This document shows positions 23,139-33,850 of a stretch of 64,000 nt of DNA, in pieces. Source of the DNA: Phyllobates terribilis. Lineage: Eukaryota. The notes beneath the pieces were generated by a model that did no database searches, was not told where the DNA came from, and saw nothing but the letters and a program-made list of their open reading frames with translations. The stretch lies in the NCBI RefSeq assembly GCF_046119375.1, contig NW_027362763.1:893482001-893546000 (forward strand), written 5' to 3'. The stretch's first letter is position 1. Every line of letters starts with the position of its first letter. The position numbers and the translations under genes are program-made.

Positions 23139-24085
23139 TAGATGCAGAAAAAAATTATTTTTAATTTGCAACCTGATGGAGGTCAGTATAGATGGACTAA
23201 TAGACCAAGTCCCACACACCGCTAGAAGCCCAAATATTTTTTCAGAGCTAGATGCAGAAAATTTTTTTATTCAATTTGCAACCTGATGGAGGTCAGTATA
23301 GATGGACTAATAGACCAAGTCCCACACACTGCTAGAAGCCCAAATATTTTTTCAGAGCTAGATGCAGAAAAAAATTATTTTTAATTTGCAACCTGATGGA
23401 GGTCAGTATAGATGGACTAATAGACCAAGTCCCACACACTGCTAGAAGCCCAAATATTTTTTCAGAGCTAGATGCAGAAAAAAAATATTTTTAATTTGCA
23501 ACCTGATGGAGGTCAGTATAGATGGACTAATAGAACAAGTCCCACACGCTGCTAGAAGCCCAAATATTTTTTCAGAGATAAATGAAGAAAAAAATTATTT
23601 TTAATTTGCAACCTGATGGAGGTCAGTATAGATGGACTAATAGACCAAGTCCCACACACTGCTAGAAGCCCAAATATTTTTTCAGAGCTAGATGCAGAAA
23701 AAAATTATTTTTAATTTGCAACCTGATGGAGGTCAGTATAGATGGACTAATAGACCAAGTCCCACACACCGCTAGAAGCCCAAATATTTTTTCAGAGCTA
23801 GATGCAGAAAAAAATTATATTCAGTTTGCAACCTGCTGGAGGTCAGTATAGAAGGACTAATAGAACAAGTCCCACACACTGCTAGAAGCCCAAATATTTT
23901 TTCAGAGCTAAATGAAGAAAAAAATTATTTTTAATTTGCAACCTGATGGAGGTCAGTATAGATGGACTAATAGACCAAGTCCCACACACTGCTAGAAGCC
24001 CAAATATTTTTTCAGAGCTAGATGCAGAAAAAAATTATATTCAGTTTGCAACCTGATGGAGGTCAGTATAGATGGACTAATAGAA
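23139..24085 (-). repeat. 110-bp tandem array of the outer hAT copy (~8.6 units)
   Basis: GACTAATAGA recurs at 23195, 23305 ... 24075. Confidence 0.93.
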
Positions 24086-25536
24086 TGATGCTATGCCCAA
24101 AAGATTTTACTTCACTAGGTGCAGTAAAAAAATTGGTATTCTATACACAGGTGGTATATCTTGCAACACAGATAGGCTACTCCACTGACTAACACACTCT
24201 GCAATAGGCCAAAAAGGATTAGCTTTGCTAGATTCAGCCAAATGCTGTGAAAAAAACTTGCACAGCACTGGCACAGACCTGCCTGGCAAAAACTGATAGG
24301 AACTGATGTAACCTAGTCCTGAAAAGGACTCCAATTACAATTAGTCTTTACTCCCACAATCTATCTATTTAAGAGCACAGACCTGCCTGATAAAAGTCGT
24401 AGGAAATGCTGTAACCTAGTCCTTAAAAGTACTGCAATCACAACTATTCCCTACTCCCAAGCTATCTGTATATTTGTGCGAAAATTGGCTTGAAATTAAC
24501 AAGGTATAGAGCATACAGCAACAGCGGTGCCGTCTAACACGCAGCTGCAGCAGTGAGAAAATGGTGGCGACGGGGAAAATGGCTTGGTCTTATAGGGCAA
24601 GGACATGTGACATACACTGCCAATCACACATGCCCTTGCTTGTGTGAAAAAAAGCACTTCGCTCCGTGTGTGCGCTGCTGATAGGCTGACAGATTGCACC
24701 TCCCCACTGCAAATGCGGGAAAGAGAAAAAAAAATGGAGATCTTCATTGTTCCTGCAGAGATCCATCCCCTGCCCCTCCCCCTGCCCCGCTGTACACTCA
24801 AACTGCGTATTAACATTAATTTTCATCATTACTGAGAAAAAATCCAGTTATGATTTTGGTGCACGAACAGTTATCGAACATAACCTCGAACAGCCGAATT
24901 TTTCTCAAATTGTTCGTGTTCGCCGACCGGCTCGAACACCGCCCAAAACAGCTCGAATTTGAGATTGGCGAACAGTTCGAGTAGAACAACGCTCATCTCT
25001 AGTGAGCACCACACGGTACACTCAGGGACGTGGGCTACTTATACTCGCTTCTATCAAGGTAGCCAGAAGAGTATCGTTAGTTTGGGAGGCCTACAACTCC
25101 GCCTGGCCAGGGGAGATCCCATCTGCTCAAGGACTGACCAGGCCCCAACCGCTAGCCAGTACTCCGGGAGGGTCTAGCTTTGTCACCAGTAAAGACCCTG
25201 AACTACACCGCATCGTCTCTGAGTGGTTCCTGCTACCCCCATCATCCACGTCGGCTGCCCTGAGGCCATACCCCTCCCGTTGGGGGTTATACCATCCACG
25301 CTGCACCATCCTTCCACCGGCCTCAGCGGTCTGCCCTGCAGCGGCAGCTCCATAGCTGCATTCAACGGGTGGCGTAGTCGTCCATCATCTACCGCTGATA
25401 CAGCGCCACTTAGTCTGACTCCCTGGGCACGGACCGGATCACCGCCACGAGACTACAACCCTCAAGAGATCCGGCTCCGGGTAAGCTCCCGCGTGCGCAA
25501 CACAGCGCGACACAGGCCCAGGGGCGCGTCAACTTT

Positions 25537-25554
25537 TGGCGTAGTCGGCAGGAT
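25537..25554 (+). promoter_or_regulatory. Primer-binding site, tRNA-Ser
   Basis: TGGCGTAGTCGGCAGGAT is the complement of the vertebrate tRNA-Ser 3' end (ATCCTGCCGACTACG-CCA), 5 nt after the LTR. Confidence 0.9.
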
Positions 25555-25921
25555 CTCGTGCCCGCAACCACCGGGTACTGTGTGCCTGAAAAAGACTGTT
25601 CAAACTTACCAGTGGTGAAGATTCCCGCCATCCGGCGCCATCTTCTGTCTTCTTCCCGCCATCCGCGAAGTTTTCCCGCCATCCGGCGCCATCTTCTGCC
25701 TTCTTCCCGCCATCCGTGGAGTTTTCCCGCCGTTGGACGCCATCTTGAAGACGCCGCGCGGGAAGAAGAGGGGCGTGGACTCAGAAAGCGCGCGAGAACT
25801 GAAGCCCCGCCTCACGTCCGGACGTTGCGTAAGGTCCTGGAAGGAGCCCAGCAGACGCCGACGTCACAGGAGCGCGACGGAAGGTCCTCAACCCTGACGA
25901 TCCACTGCGGAGCCGCGGCCT

Positions 25922-26374
25922 ATGGAAGAGGATCATCGCAAGGTAGGCCACGGTCCACTAGGGGGGAGAAGGATGTCGGATACGGAGGAGAGCTTCACCG
26001 CTTCAACCCCCGCCAGCGCCACCGCTGTTGCGGTCATGCCTTTCACCATGCCCTATATCCCGGGGGCAGCCTGGCTACCCCAGTACTCAGGGGAGTCACA
26101 TACCCTGCATGACTTTAGAGAAAAGCTGGATAGCCTCTTCCAGGTGTACCCCCTCACAGAGGAGCAAAAAGTGAGCATCCTGGTGGCCCAATTAACCGGA
26201 GAAGCCCAAAGGGAGGTAAAGTCCTGGCCATCTGGGGGGAGGACTGTCGCAGAGATACTAACCCAGCTAACCGAGGAGGAGCTGCAGTACTACCAATACG
26301 AGGAAAGCCAAGAGGACCCGGACGGGTCTGAGGACTACCCTCAGGAGGGAGCACAAAGAGGACATAGCTACTGA
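25922..26374 (+). CDS. Truncated PNMA-like gag N-terminus fused in frame to an acidic tail
   Basis: LPQYSGESHTLHDFREKL..EQKVSILVAQLTGEAQREV resembles gypsy/PNMA capsid. It ends in LTEEELQ..QEDPDGSED, shared with the end of the 35501-37441 ORF. Confidence 0.65.
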   Translation: MEEDHRKVGHGPLGGRRMSDTEESFTASTPASATAVAVMPFTMPYIPGAAWLPQYSGESHTLHDFREKLDSLFQVYPLTEEQKVSILVAQLTGEAQREVKSWPSGGRTVAEILTQLTEEELQYYQYEESQEDPDGSEDYPQEGAQRGHSY

Positions 26375-28264
26375 AGGGAAGTAGCGTGAATAAAGAGCTG
26401 TAAATAGTTACCCGTAAGGGTACAAGGACTGCTGCTAATTAAAATATGGTCCCCGTGGGGATTAGTGAATTGTTCCCCGTGTGTCCCTATCCCTTACCAG
26501 GCTGAGGACTGTGAGCAGCCATCCCCTATCCCTTACCAGGCTGAGGACTGTGAGCAGCCAATCCTTATCCCCACTGGCCGAGGACTGAGAGCGGCCATAT
26601 CCTGTAAATAATTATGTGTTTCTAGTAATTTATAGAAGTACTTGGTGGATTTACCGGGAATCCTTTGTACAGTTAGTGGAGCGCAACCCAGGATGGACTA
26701 AAAGACTGTTAAGGACTCGGGGAGGACACGACCCCTATCTGGTTACGTCTCCCTGTTTTGGTGAAATGGACACCTTGCTTTTCTTCAAAGACTGCGCCCG
26801 GTTGCGGACACGCCGTAACCATCTTTATGTGTTTTTCTTATTGTATTATTATTGTTTATACCTTGTTATGTTTTTCTAAAAATATGTTTAGTCCCGGAGT
26901 ACTAAATTTCACTAGGGGGGAATGTGGCACCCCAGGGGTCTGGTTTCCACAGTAACAAGCAATGTTATGTCTGAGAGCAGGTGGGAGGTCTCTTTGTCAG
27001 GAATCCTATGCATGCCACACCTCCTGCCCAGTCCTGGGAGGGGAAGAACTTCCCCTGTATAAACCTGGGGCTGAGGCAGGGTTAGAGAGTTGAGAGGGAG
27101 AGTTCAGCCAGGAGGGCTGACAGGGAGCTGTGGCTCCGGCTAGGCCCAGCTCCTGGGCCATGCCAGAAGTAGAGAAGAGAAGCAGCATAGGAAGAAACAA
27201 CAGGAGCTCTGTGGGAGCAGTGTTACAAAGATTCAGGGGCTGGCAGCTGCAGAGCTCGCCCTGACTGAGAAGATTTCTTACCGGACCCGGAGTCCGAGGC
27301 TGTGGGGACTAACTCCTACCCAGCAGCAGAATCCGTCAGGCAGGGGATTTCAGGTCCTCTGGCCAAGAAACCTGAAGGCACGGTCACACGCATGGGACCA
27401 GCACCGCCGTCGTGGAGCGGAAGCTACTAGAAGGCCCCGAGTCACCGGCCATACGGGTGAGCACCACACGGTACACTCAGGGACGTGGGCTACTTATACT
27501 CGCTTCTAGCAAGGTAGCCAGAAGAGTATCGTTAGTTTGGGAGGCCTACAACTCCGCCTGGCCAGGGGAGATCCCATCTGCTCAAGGACTGACCAGGCCC
27601 CAACCGCTAGCCAGTACTCTGGGAGGGTCTATCTTTGTCACCAGTAAAGACCCTGAACTACACCGCATCGTCTCTGAGTGGTTCCTGCTACCCCCATCAT
27701 CCACGTCGGCTGCCCTGAGGCCATACCCCTCCCGTTGGGGGTTATACCATCCACGCTGCACCATCCTTCCACCGGCCTCAGCGGTCTGCCCTGCAGCGGC
27801 AGCTCCATAGCTGCATTCAACGGGTGGCGTAGTCGCCCATCATCTACCGCTGATACAGCGCCACTTAGTCTGACTCCCTGGGCAAGGACCGGATCACCGC
27901 CACGAGACTACAACCCTCAAGAGATCCGGCTCCGGGTAAGCTCCCGCGTGCGCAACGCAGCGCGACACAGGCCCAGGGGCGCGTCATATATATGTATGTT
28001 TTCTGTTTTATAGACCTGATATGGGCTTGATATATATTTTGTTGATTTGCCTAGTGAATAGGATCTCATCTGACCTCTTGCAATATACTGGAAAATACTG
28101 TGAGGATGACTCTAACCAATTGAATCTTTGATATTATGCGTTCTGCATTTCCTGATAACTGTAGAATTTGATGTAGTCAGCCATGTATACCATTTTGTTA
28201 TTGTTTTTGTTTTCTTTTTTTGTTTTATTCTTTACTCTGACCATATGTTTGCATTTATATTCAT

Positions 28265-28350
28265 ATGTACAGATAAACCTGACGAAGGCATGTAAGCTGA
28301 AATGTTTAAAGAATATATCTGTTTTTCATTTCTTGGTTATTGAGCTTCTC
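28265..28350 (+). mobile_element. Penelope-like pLTR remnant, inverted partner of 4490-4585
   Basis: GTACAGATAAACCTGACGAAGGCATGTAAGCTGAAATGTTTAAAGAATATATCTGTTTTTCATT aligns to the reverse complement of 4490-4585. Confidence 0.5.
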
Positions 28351-28711
28351 GAACTGATAACCAGCTCTCTGCAGCAAAGCATATATGAACTGGAGGAGGG
28401 TCAACAAGTCCCAGCTATACAAAAGTTTAACCATCGTCCAATGACATCCACAGTATTAGTGCGGTGGTGTCTAGTGACAATGGCAGAGGTAGTAGGAGCC
28501 CGTTCAGATATGGATGTTACAATTATTAGATTTATCCAGACCCTAGTGGTTGAATCAGTAAGCATTTATTGGTTTAAGCTTCAATCCTTAGCTAATTAAA
28601 TGATCTTCTGTAATCATCAGTTGCAATGGCACATGTATGGTATATATAAGCATAGAGCACAATTAACAGTGATAACATACATGGAGACTTCTGCAAACTA
28701 TGGCTGATGTA

Positions 28712-29576
28712 CAGTTATATGAAAAAGTTTGGGCACCCCTATTAATCTTAAGCTTAATGTTTTATAAAAATTGGCATTTTTGCAACAGCTATTTCAGTTT
28801 GATATATGTAATAACTGTTGGACACAGTAATGTTTCTGCCTTGAAATGAGGTTTATTGTACTAACAAAAAATGTGCAATCTGCATTCAAACAAAATTTGA
28901 CAGGTGCATAAGTATGGGCACCTCACCAGAAAAGTGACATTAATATTTAGTAGATCCTCCTTTTGCAAAAATAACAGCTTCTAGTCGCTTCCTGTAGCTT
29001 TTAATGATTTCCTGGATCCTGGATGAATGTATTTTTGACCATTCCTCTTTACAAAACAATTCCAGTTCAGTTAAGTTTGATGGTCACCGAGCATGGACAG
29101 CCCTCTTCAAATGATCCCACAGATGTTCAATGATATTCAGGTCTGGGGACTTTGATGGCCATTCCAGAACATTGTAATTGTTCCTCTGCATGAATGCCTG
29201 AGTAGATTTGGAGCGGTGTTTTGGACCATCCCCTGCGTAACTTCAACTTTGTCACTGATTCTTGAACATTATTGTCAAGAATCTGCTGATACTGAGTGGA
29301 ATCCATGCGTCCCTCAACTTTAACAAGATTCCCAGTGCCGGCATTGGCCACACAGCCCCAAAGCATGATGGAACCTCCACCAAATTTTACTGTGGGTAGC
29401 AAGTGCAGATTGCACATTTTCTGTTAGTACAATAAACCTCATTTCAAGGCAGAAACATTACTGTGTCCAACAGTTATTACATATATCAAACTGAAATAGC
29501 TGTTGCAAAAACACAAATTTTTATAAAACATTAAGCTTAAGATTAATAGGGGTGCCCAAACTTTTTCATATAACTG
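28712..29576 (-). mobile_element. Internally deleted Tc1 element with long (~170-200 bp) TIRs
   Basis: TA-CAGTTATATGAAAAAGTTTGGGCACCCC at the left and its reverse complement plus TA at the right. Transposase fragment PTVKFGGGSIMLWGC...MDSTQYQQIL. Confidence 0.9.
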
Positions 29577-30639
29577 TATCTGTAGCAGAAGTACACAACC
29601 CCATTGCAGTGGAGCTGGTCCATGTTTGGACTACCCCTTGAAACATTTTTTCTTTTAAATAATATAGACATGCAGAAAAACAGGTATATGTTGAACTCAC
29701 TGATTTCTTATCAGGATTAGCATAAACTAGACCAGGGCACCAAGGGATTTTACTTTCTTCACCCTCACATCCTAACATAAATACAGACTTCCCTGGAGAA
29801 AATCCTCAGATCTCCATCATGTAATAGTCTCAGATATCAATAGCTCATATATAAAATAGTTGTAAACCTGAAGGAAAGCACCAAGACAATAGATGTTCTT
29901 ATATCAGACTGAGGCTAAGTGAAGTTTTTAAAATATAAAGTTAGTTATATAACAATTGTAAAAGATGGGTAACCAGGCAAAGATTCAAGACAGTTAGCGT
30001 ACTAAAGCAAGTTCAATACTTAAGTCAAGTCAAATTGGAAAAGCTTAGTAGATTACCTGTGCAAAATTATTCCAGAAAGACCTATTTCTCAGGTGTAGAC
30101 ACCCAAACAACCTGGAACGGCAAAGGATGTTTGGTTGTGTGCACTCATCCCCATGAACCTCTATCTTATGTTCCTTTTTAATAAGCAGGAAGCACTGGTG
30201 AAATCTACAAATAGCTGCTGGTTCTGATGTTTTCCTTTGGCTCGCAAGACTTTTCTTCTTAGGCAAAAACTTCACTCAATTGAAAACGTTGGTCCCATTT
30301 TTCCCGAGTGAAGCTTTAGCCTAGAGTTACATGACTGCAACCATCGTGTATGTATGTTGCAGTTACACATATGCAACCAGTGTAACCAATTTGTTTTCCT
30401 TAATCTTTTTTGGTTGTGAATAACAGAATAGAAACACTTGTCTTCTACTGAAACCTATAGGAGGTTAATATTGTTGTATTTTAGCGCATTTGAACAGATA
30501 TTGCAGAAACATTAAGTTGTACATATTGAGTCGCTCAATGCTTTCTTATTTAAGCTTTGATTGTGTCACAGTCAAAGTTATGACTAAAGTCACCATACCT
30601 CCAGTCAGCATACGTGCCATAAATAGAGCAGTTTAATTG

Positions 30640-32313
30640 GCTAGGTGTAAGGAGACAAGACTCTGTGGAACCAGAACAGCATGGCGGCATTGCAGAGGGG
30701 AGGAGTTTCATCAGGACTCCGGGTACAGCGTTGTCAGGGAAAGGAGCTGAGGAGAAAAGCAGCAGGAGTGCAAGTTCTGAGGTGATTCTGACGCCAAAGA
30801 GAGAGACGGGAGGAGCAACAGCATAGTCCTGTCAAGAAGAAACGTAACGCGTATCTGCCCAGCCCAGACGTCAACGGTCAAGCCCTGAAGACCCGAGCGA
30901 CGCCAGTCAAGGTTCCTCACCCGGGTAACATCAGTCGATAGAATGGGAACAGGTTGCAGCAGCACGGTTCTCAGATGTGTGTATAATGCAGGTAAACAGT
31001 ATGCAACAGCGGAGACGCAGGAGGAACAACAGTATATTTATTTTATTTAAGACCTAATATCAATTGTAAAACATGCATTATATGGTAACAATTTCTTTAC
31101 AATGTTTGATAGCAGTAAATCACATAACAGAATAAAATATCAGAATACACTAGAATTCAGGGGCTGGTAGTTTAAAATGATCTACTGGAGGGAAGGGGAA
31201 CTATATTAACTATAGTGAGCAGGGACAGTCTTTTAAAGCTTGGGCAATACTCTGTTTCTATGACAACTCGCTGCCCGTTTCCCCCGTCACTCTCTATCCA
31301 CTTTCGCGATGCCGCTCTGTCGTCTGCTGGTCCCCGACTGACTACTGTCTTTCCCTCTATCCGTGCCCTGTACCATATGTCCCTGTCAGAGGTAATGGCC
31401 TGTCTCATTCATCCTTCCTGGTCGCCGACCCGACTGTGAATCTGCGATCTGACACCTTCAGAGTTTCTGCAACGTCCTGTCACTGGTGCACACGTCTGAA
31501 AACCGTGCCGCCACAACCTGTTCCCGTTCTGTCGACCGACGTCACCCGGGTGAGGAACATTGACTGGCATCGCTCGGATCTTCAGGGCTTGACCGTCGAT
31601 GTCCGGGGTGGGAACCTTGACCGGCATCGCTCGGATCTTTGGGGCTTGACCGTCGATGTCTGGGCTGGGTGGATGCGCGGCACCTTTCTCCCTGACAGGA
31701 GCTCCGGATGCTGCTGTTGCTCCTCCCGTCTCTCTCTGCGGCATCAGAATCACCTCAGAACTTGCACTCGTGCTGTTTTTCTCCCCTTCTTGTGTCCCTG
31801 AAAACGCTGTCCCCAGAGGCCTGATAAAACTGCTCACCTCTGCCACGCCTCCATGCTGTTCTGGTTCCACAGTGGCTTGTCTCCTTACGGCCAGTGACAG
31901 GACATCGTAGAAGCTCTGGAGCTGTCAGATCGTAGATTCACGGTCGGCGACCAGGAAGGACGAACGAGACGGGCCATTACCTCTGACTTGGACATATGGT
32001 ACCGGGCACGGATACATGGAAAGACAGTAAGTCAGACGGGGACCAGCAGACACCAGAGCGGCATCGTGAAAGTGGATAGAGAGTGACAGGGGAAACGGGC
32101 AGCGAGTTGTCATAGGAACAGGGTATTGCCAAAGCTTTAAAAGACTGCCCCTGCCCACTATAGTTAATATAGTTCCCCTTCCCTCCAGTAGATCATTTTA
32201 AACTACCAGCCCCTGAATTCTAGTGTATTCTGATATTTTATTCTGTGATTTACTGCTTATTTTACTATCAAACATTGTAAAGAAATTGTTACCATATAAT
32301 GCCTGCTTTACAA
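30640..32313. repeat. Two ~0.8-kb copies of an unknown repeat in opposite orientation, one nested in the other
   Basis: 31062-31485 is the inverse of 31890-32313, and 31490-31890 is the inverse of 30640-30985. Confidence 0.7.
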
Positions 32314-33094
32314 TTAATATTTGTTGTTAAATAAAAGAAATATAATTAGACAGCATGAAAATAAGTAAGTTTGCAACTGACTTGTTTCATCGATCTGCTG
32401 TCATTCTCCTGCAATGACAGCTTTTATATTTCATAGTGTACAGCTGGTTCCATGGAGCTTGGGCAATACAGCCTGCCCAGACTCTGTCCAAGAGCGAGCA
32501 GTAGTTACAATCTAGCAGAGGAGTTAAGTCTTAACATGACAGCCACCTCTCTCCAGCTCATTGATTTCTATACAGCAGTTATCTGCTCACCTCCCTCTTA
32601 GCTCTGTCCAAAATCTGACATACCAATGTTGCAAACCTTTGCAGGTGCACAGTGGCCCAAAAGGTAAGGGAACCCAATTCCATCTCCAAAACAGGTGAAA
32701 TTGTGCATTATGATGAGTTACTGTTTATACCGTATAAAAATAACATGGAACAGTGATATTTAGCTATGCCGATTTATTTACTTTATCCTATAGAAAAAAA
32801 ATGAATTGATTGCAGCAAACAAATATATATATTAGGCTATGATAAAAACCACAAACCTGTAGATAACAACCCCATTACACTTAGAGCAACACAATGATTC
32901 CAAAACATTTTGTACCACTTGGAAAACACAGATGAATTTAGGCATATTTGCATCGTTTTTGTTTTTTAAGAAATACTTCTACTTTCATAGTCCAAAACAC
33001 TTTTTCTTACACCATTGAATAAAGAAAAATTACAAGAAAAGGGCAAAAGGTGAGGTTAATGTGTGCCCAGAACAAAGATGTGCATTAGATGCAT

Positions 33095-33235
33095 CGTCCT
33101 TGAGTCATTAGGTAAGGGATGACATTTCCTGGAATTAAGCCATAGCAGGAACTCTGGTTTCAGTTAAAGCTGTCAGCAGATAAACAAATTTCCAGGCAGT
33201 TTTAATTTAATTCGTTTAATTTTGGCACAATTTGA
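33095..33235. promoter_or_regulatory. Candidate VIP cytokine-response element (AP-1 + STAT sites)
   Basis: TGAGTCA (33101-33107) and ATTTCCTGGAATTAAG (TTCCTGGAA 33126-33134) in non-repetitive sequence. The STAT context matches my recollection of the human VIP CyRE; not aligned here. Confidence 0.55.
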
Positions 33236-33850
33236 TTAGAATAGAAGATTAGGAATTGCAGAATATTCCATAGACGTTTTAACAAAAGGCAGCATGACCT
33301 GAAGACGCAAGAATTATGTAAAGTAATGCAAGGGAGGCCAGTGCATTGTCATTAACCTGATGACCCTGGGCGCAAACAGATGTTTGAATTGCATGATGAC
33401 ATCAAACAAGCAGAGGAGGCTGGATTTCTGTCATAAACTTAGAAAAAATTAACTGTTTAAATGTTGGTTAAAATATTATTTTTGCTATAAAGTTTAGGAA
33501 AAGCATTATTAAATTTTTATTGATATTGTGATTACCCTAAAAAACATACACACTGCGTACAGAATTATTATTAGGCAAGTGAATATTTTGACCATATCAT
33601 CTGTGGCAATGCTACTCACTTGGGTGCGTGGTGAGATAAGACAGGGACCGTTTCCATTTAAATATCCATGCTGGTTTATTGGTGCTTCATAAACCATGCC
33701 ACAAGCAATGGAAAATAAAAGGCATTTCAGTGCAGGCAAAACAAAGTAAGCAGTTCTTAACAAAGGCTTTAAGCTGGAGTCAGAATAGCGTATGGCATCC
33801 GAAGCCAGATGCGATATGCTAATGACACTAGGCTCCTGCTCTGCTGCTAG

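Larger units (their letters stand above)
5961..25001 (-). mobile_element. hAT transposon, outer copy (minus orientation), interrupted by an inverted copy of itself
   Basis: Termini TAGTGTTGAGC (5961) and GCTCATCTCTA (24991-25001). 8-bp TSD GTGAGCAC at 5953-5960 and 25002-25009. The empty site is a single GTGAGCAC at 27457-27464 in the 3' LTR. Confidence 0.95.
5419..27986 (+). mobile_element. Non-autonomous Ty3/gypsy-type LTR retroelement (1064-bp LTRs, ~1.4-kb internal region), 5' LTR interrupted by the hAT composite
   Basis: TG...CA LTRs: 5419-5960 + 25010-25531, and 26923-27986, with about 10 substitutions counted by eye. 4-bp TSD TATA (5415-5418 / 27987-27990). PBS 25537-25554, PPT 26914-26922. 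No RT/IN motifs. Confidence 0.93.

Noticed and set aside
5961-25001. Assembly artefact explanation for the giant inverted repeats
   Set aside because: Two independent exact 8-bp TSDs, an empty site in the 3' LTR, and copy-specific substitutions, array length and deletion indicate real insertions. Read confirmation is still advisable.
30045-30275. Possible minus-strand exon of a neighbouring gene (ends in CAG|GTAAT)
   Set aside because: No recognisable protein similarity and no partner exons found.
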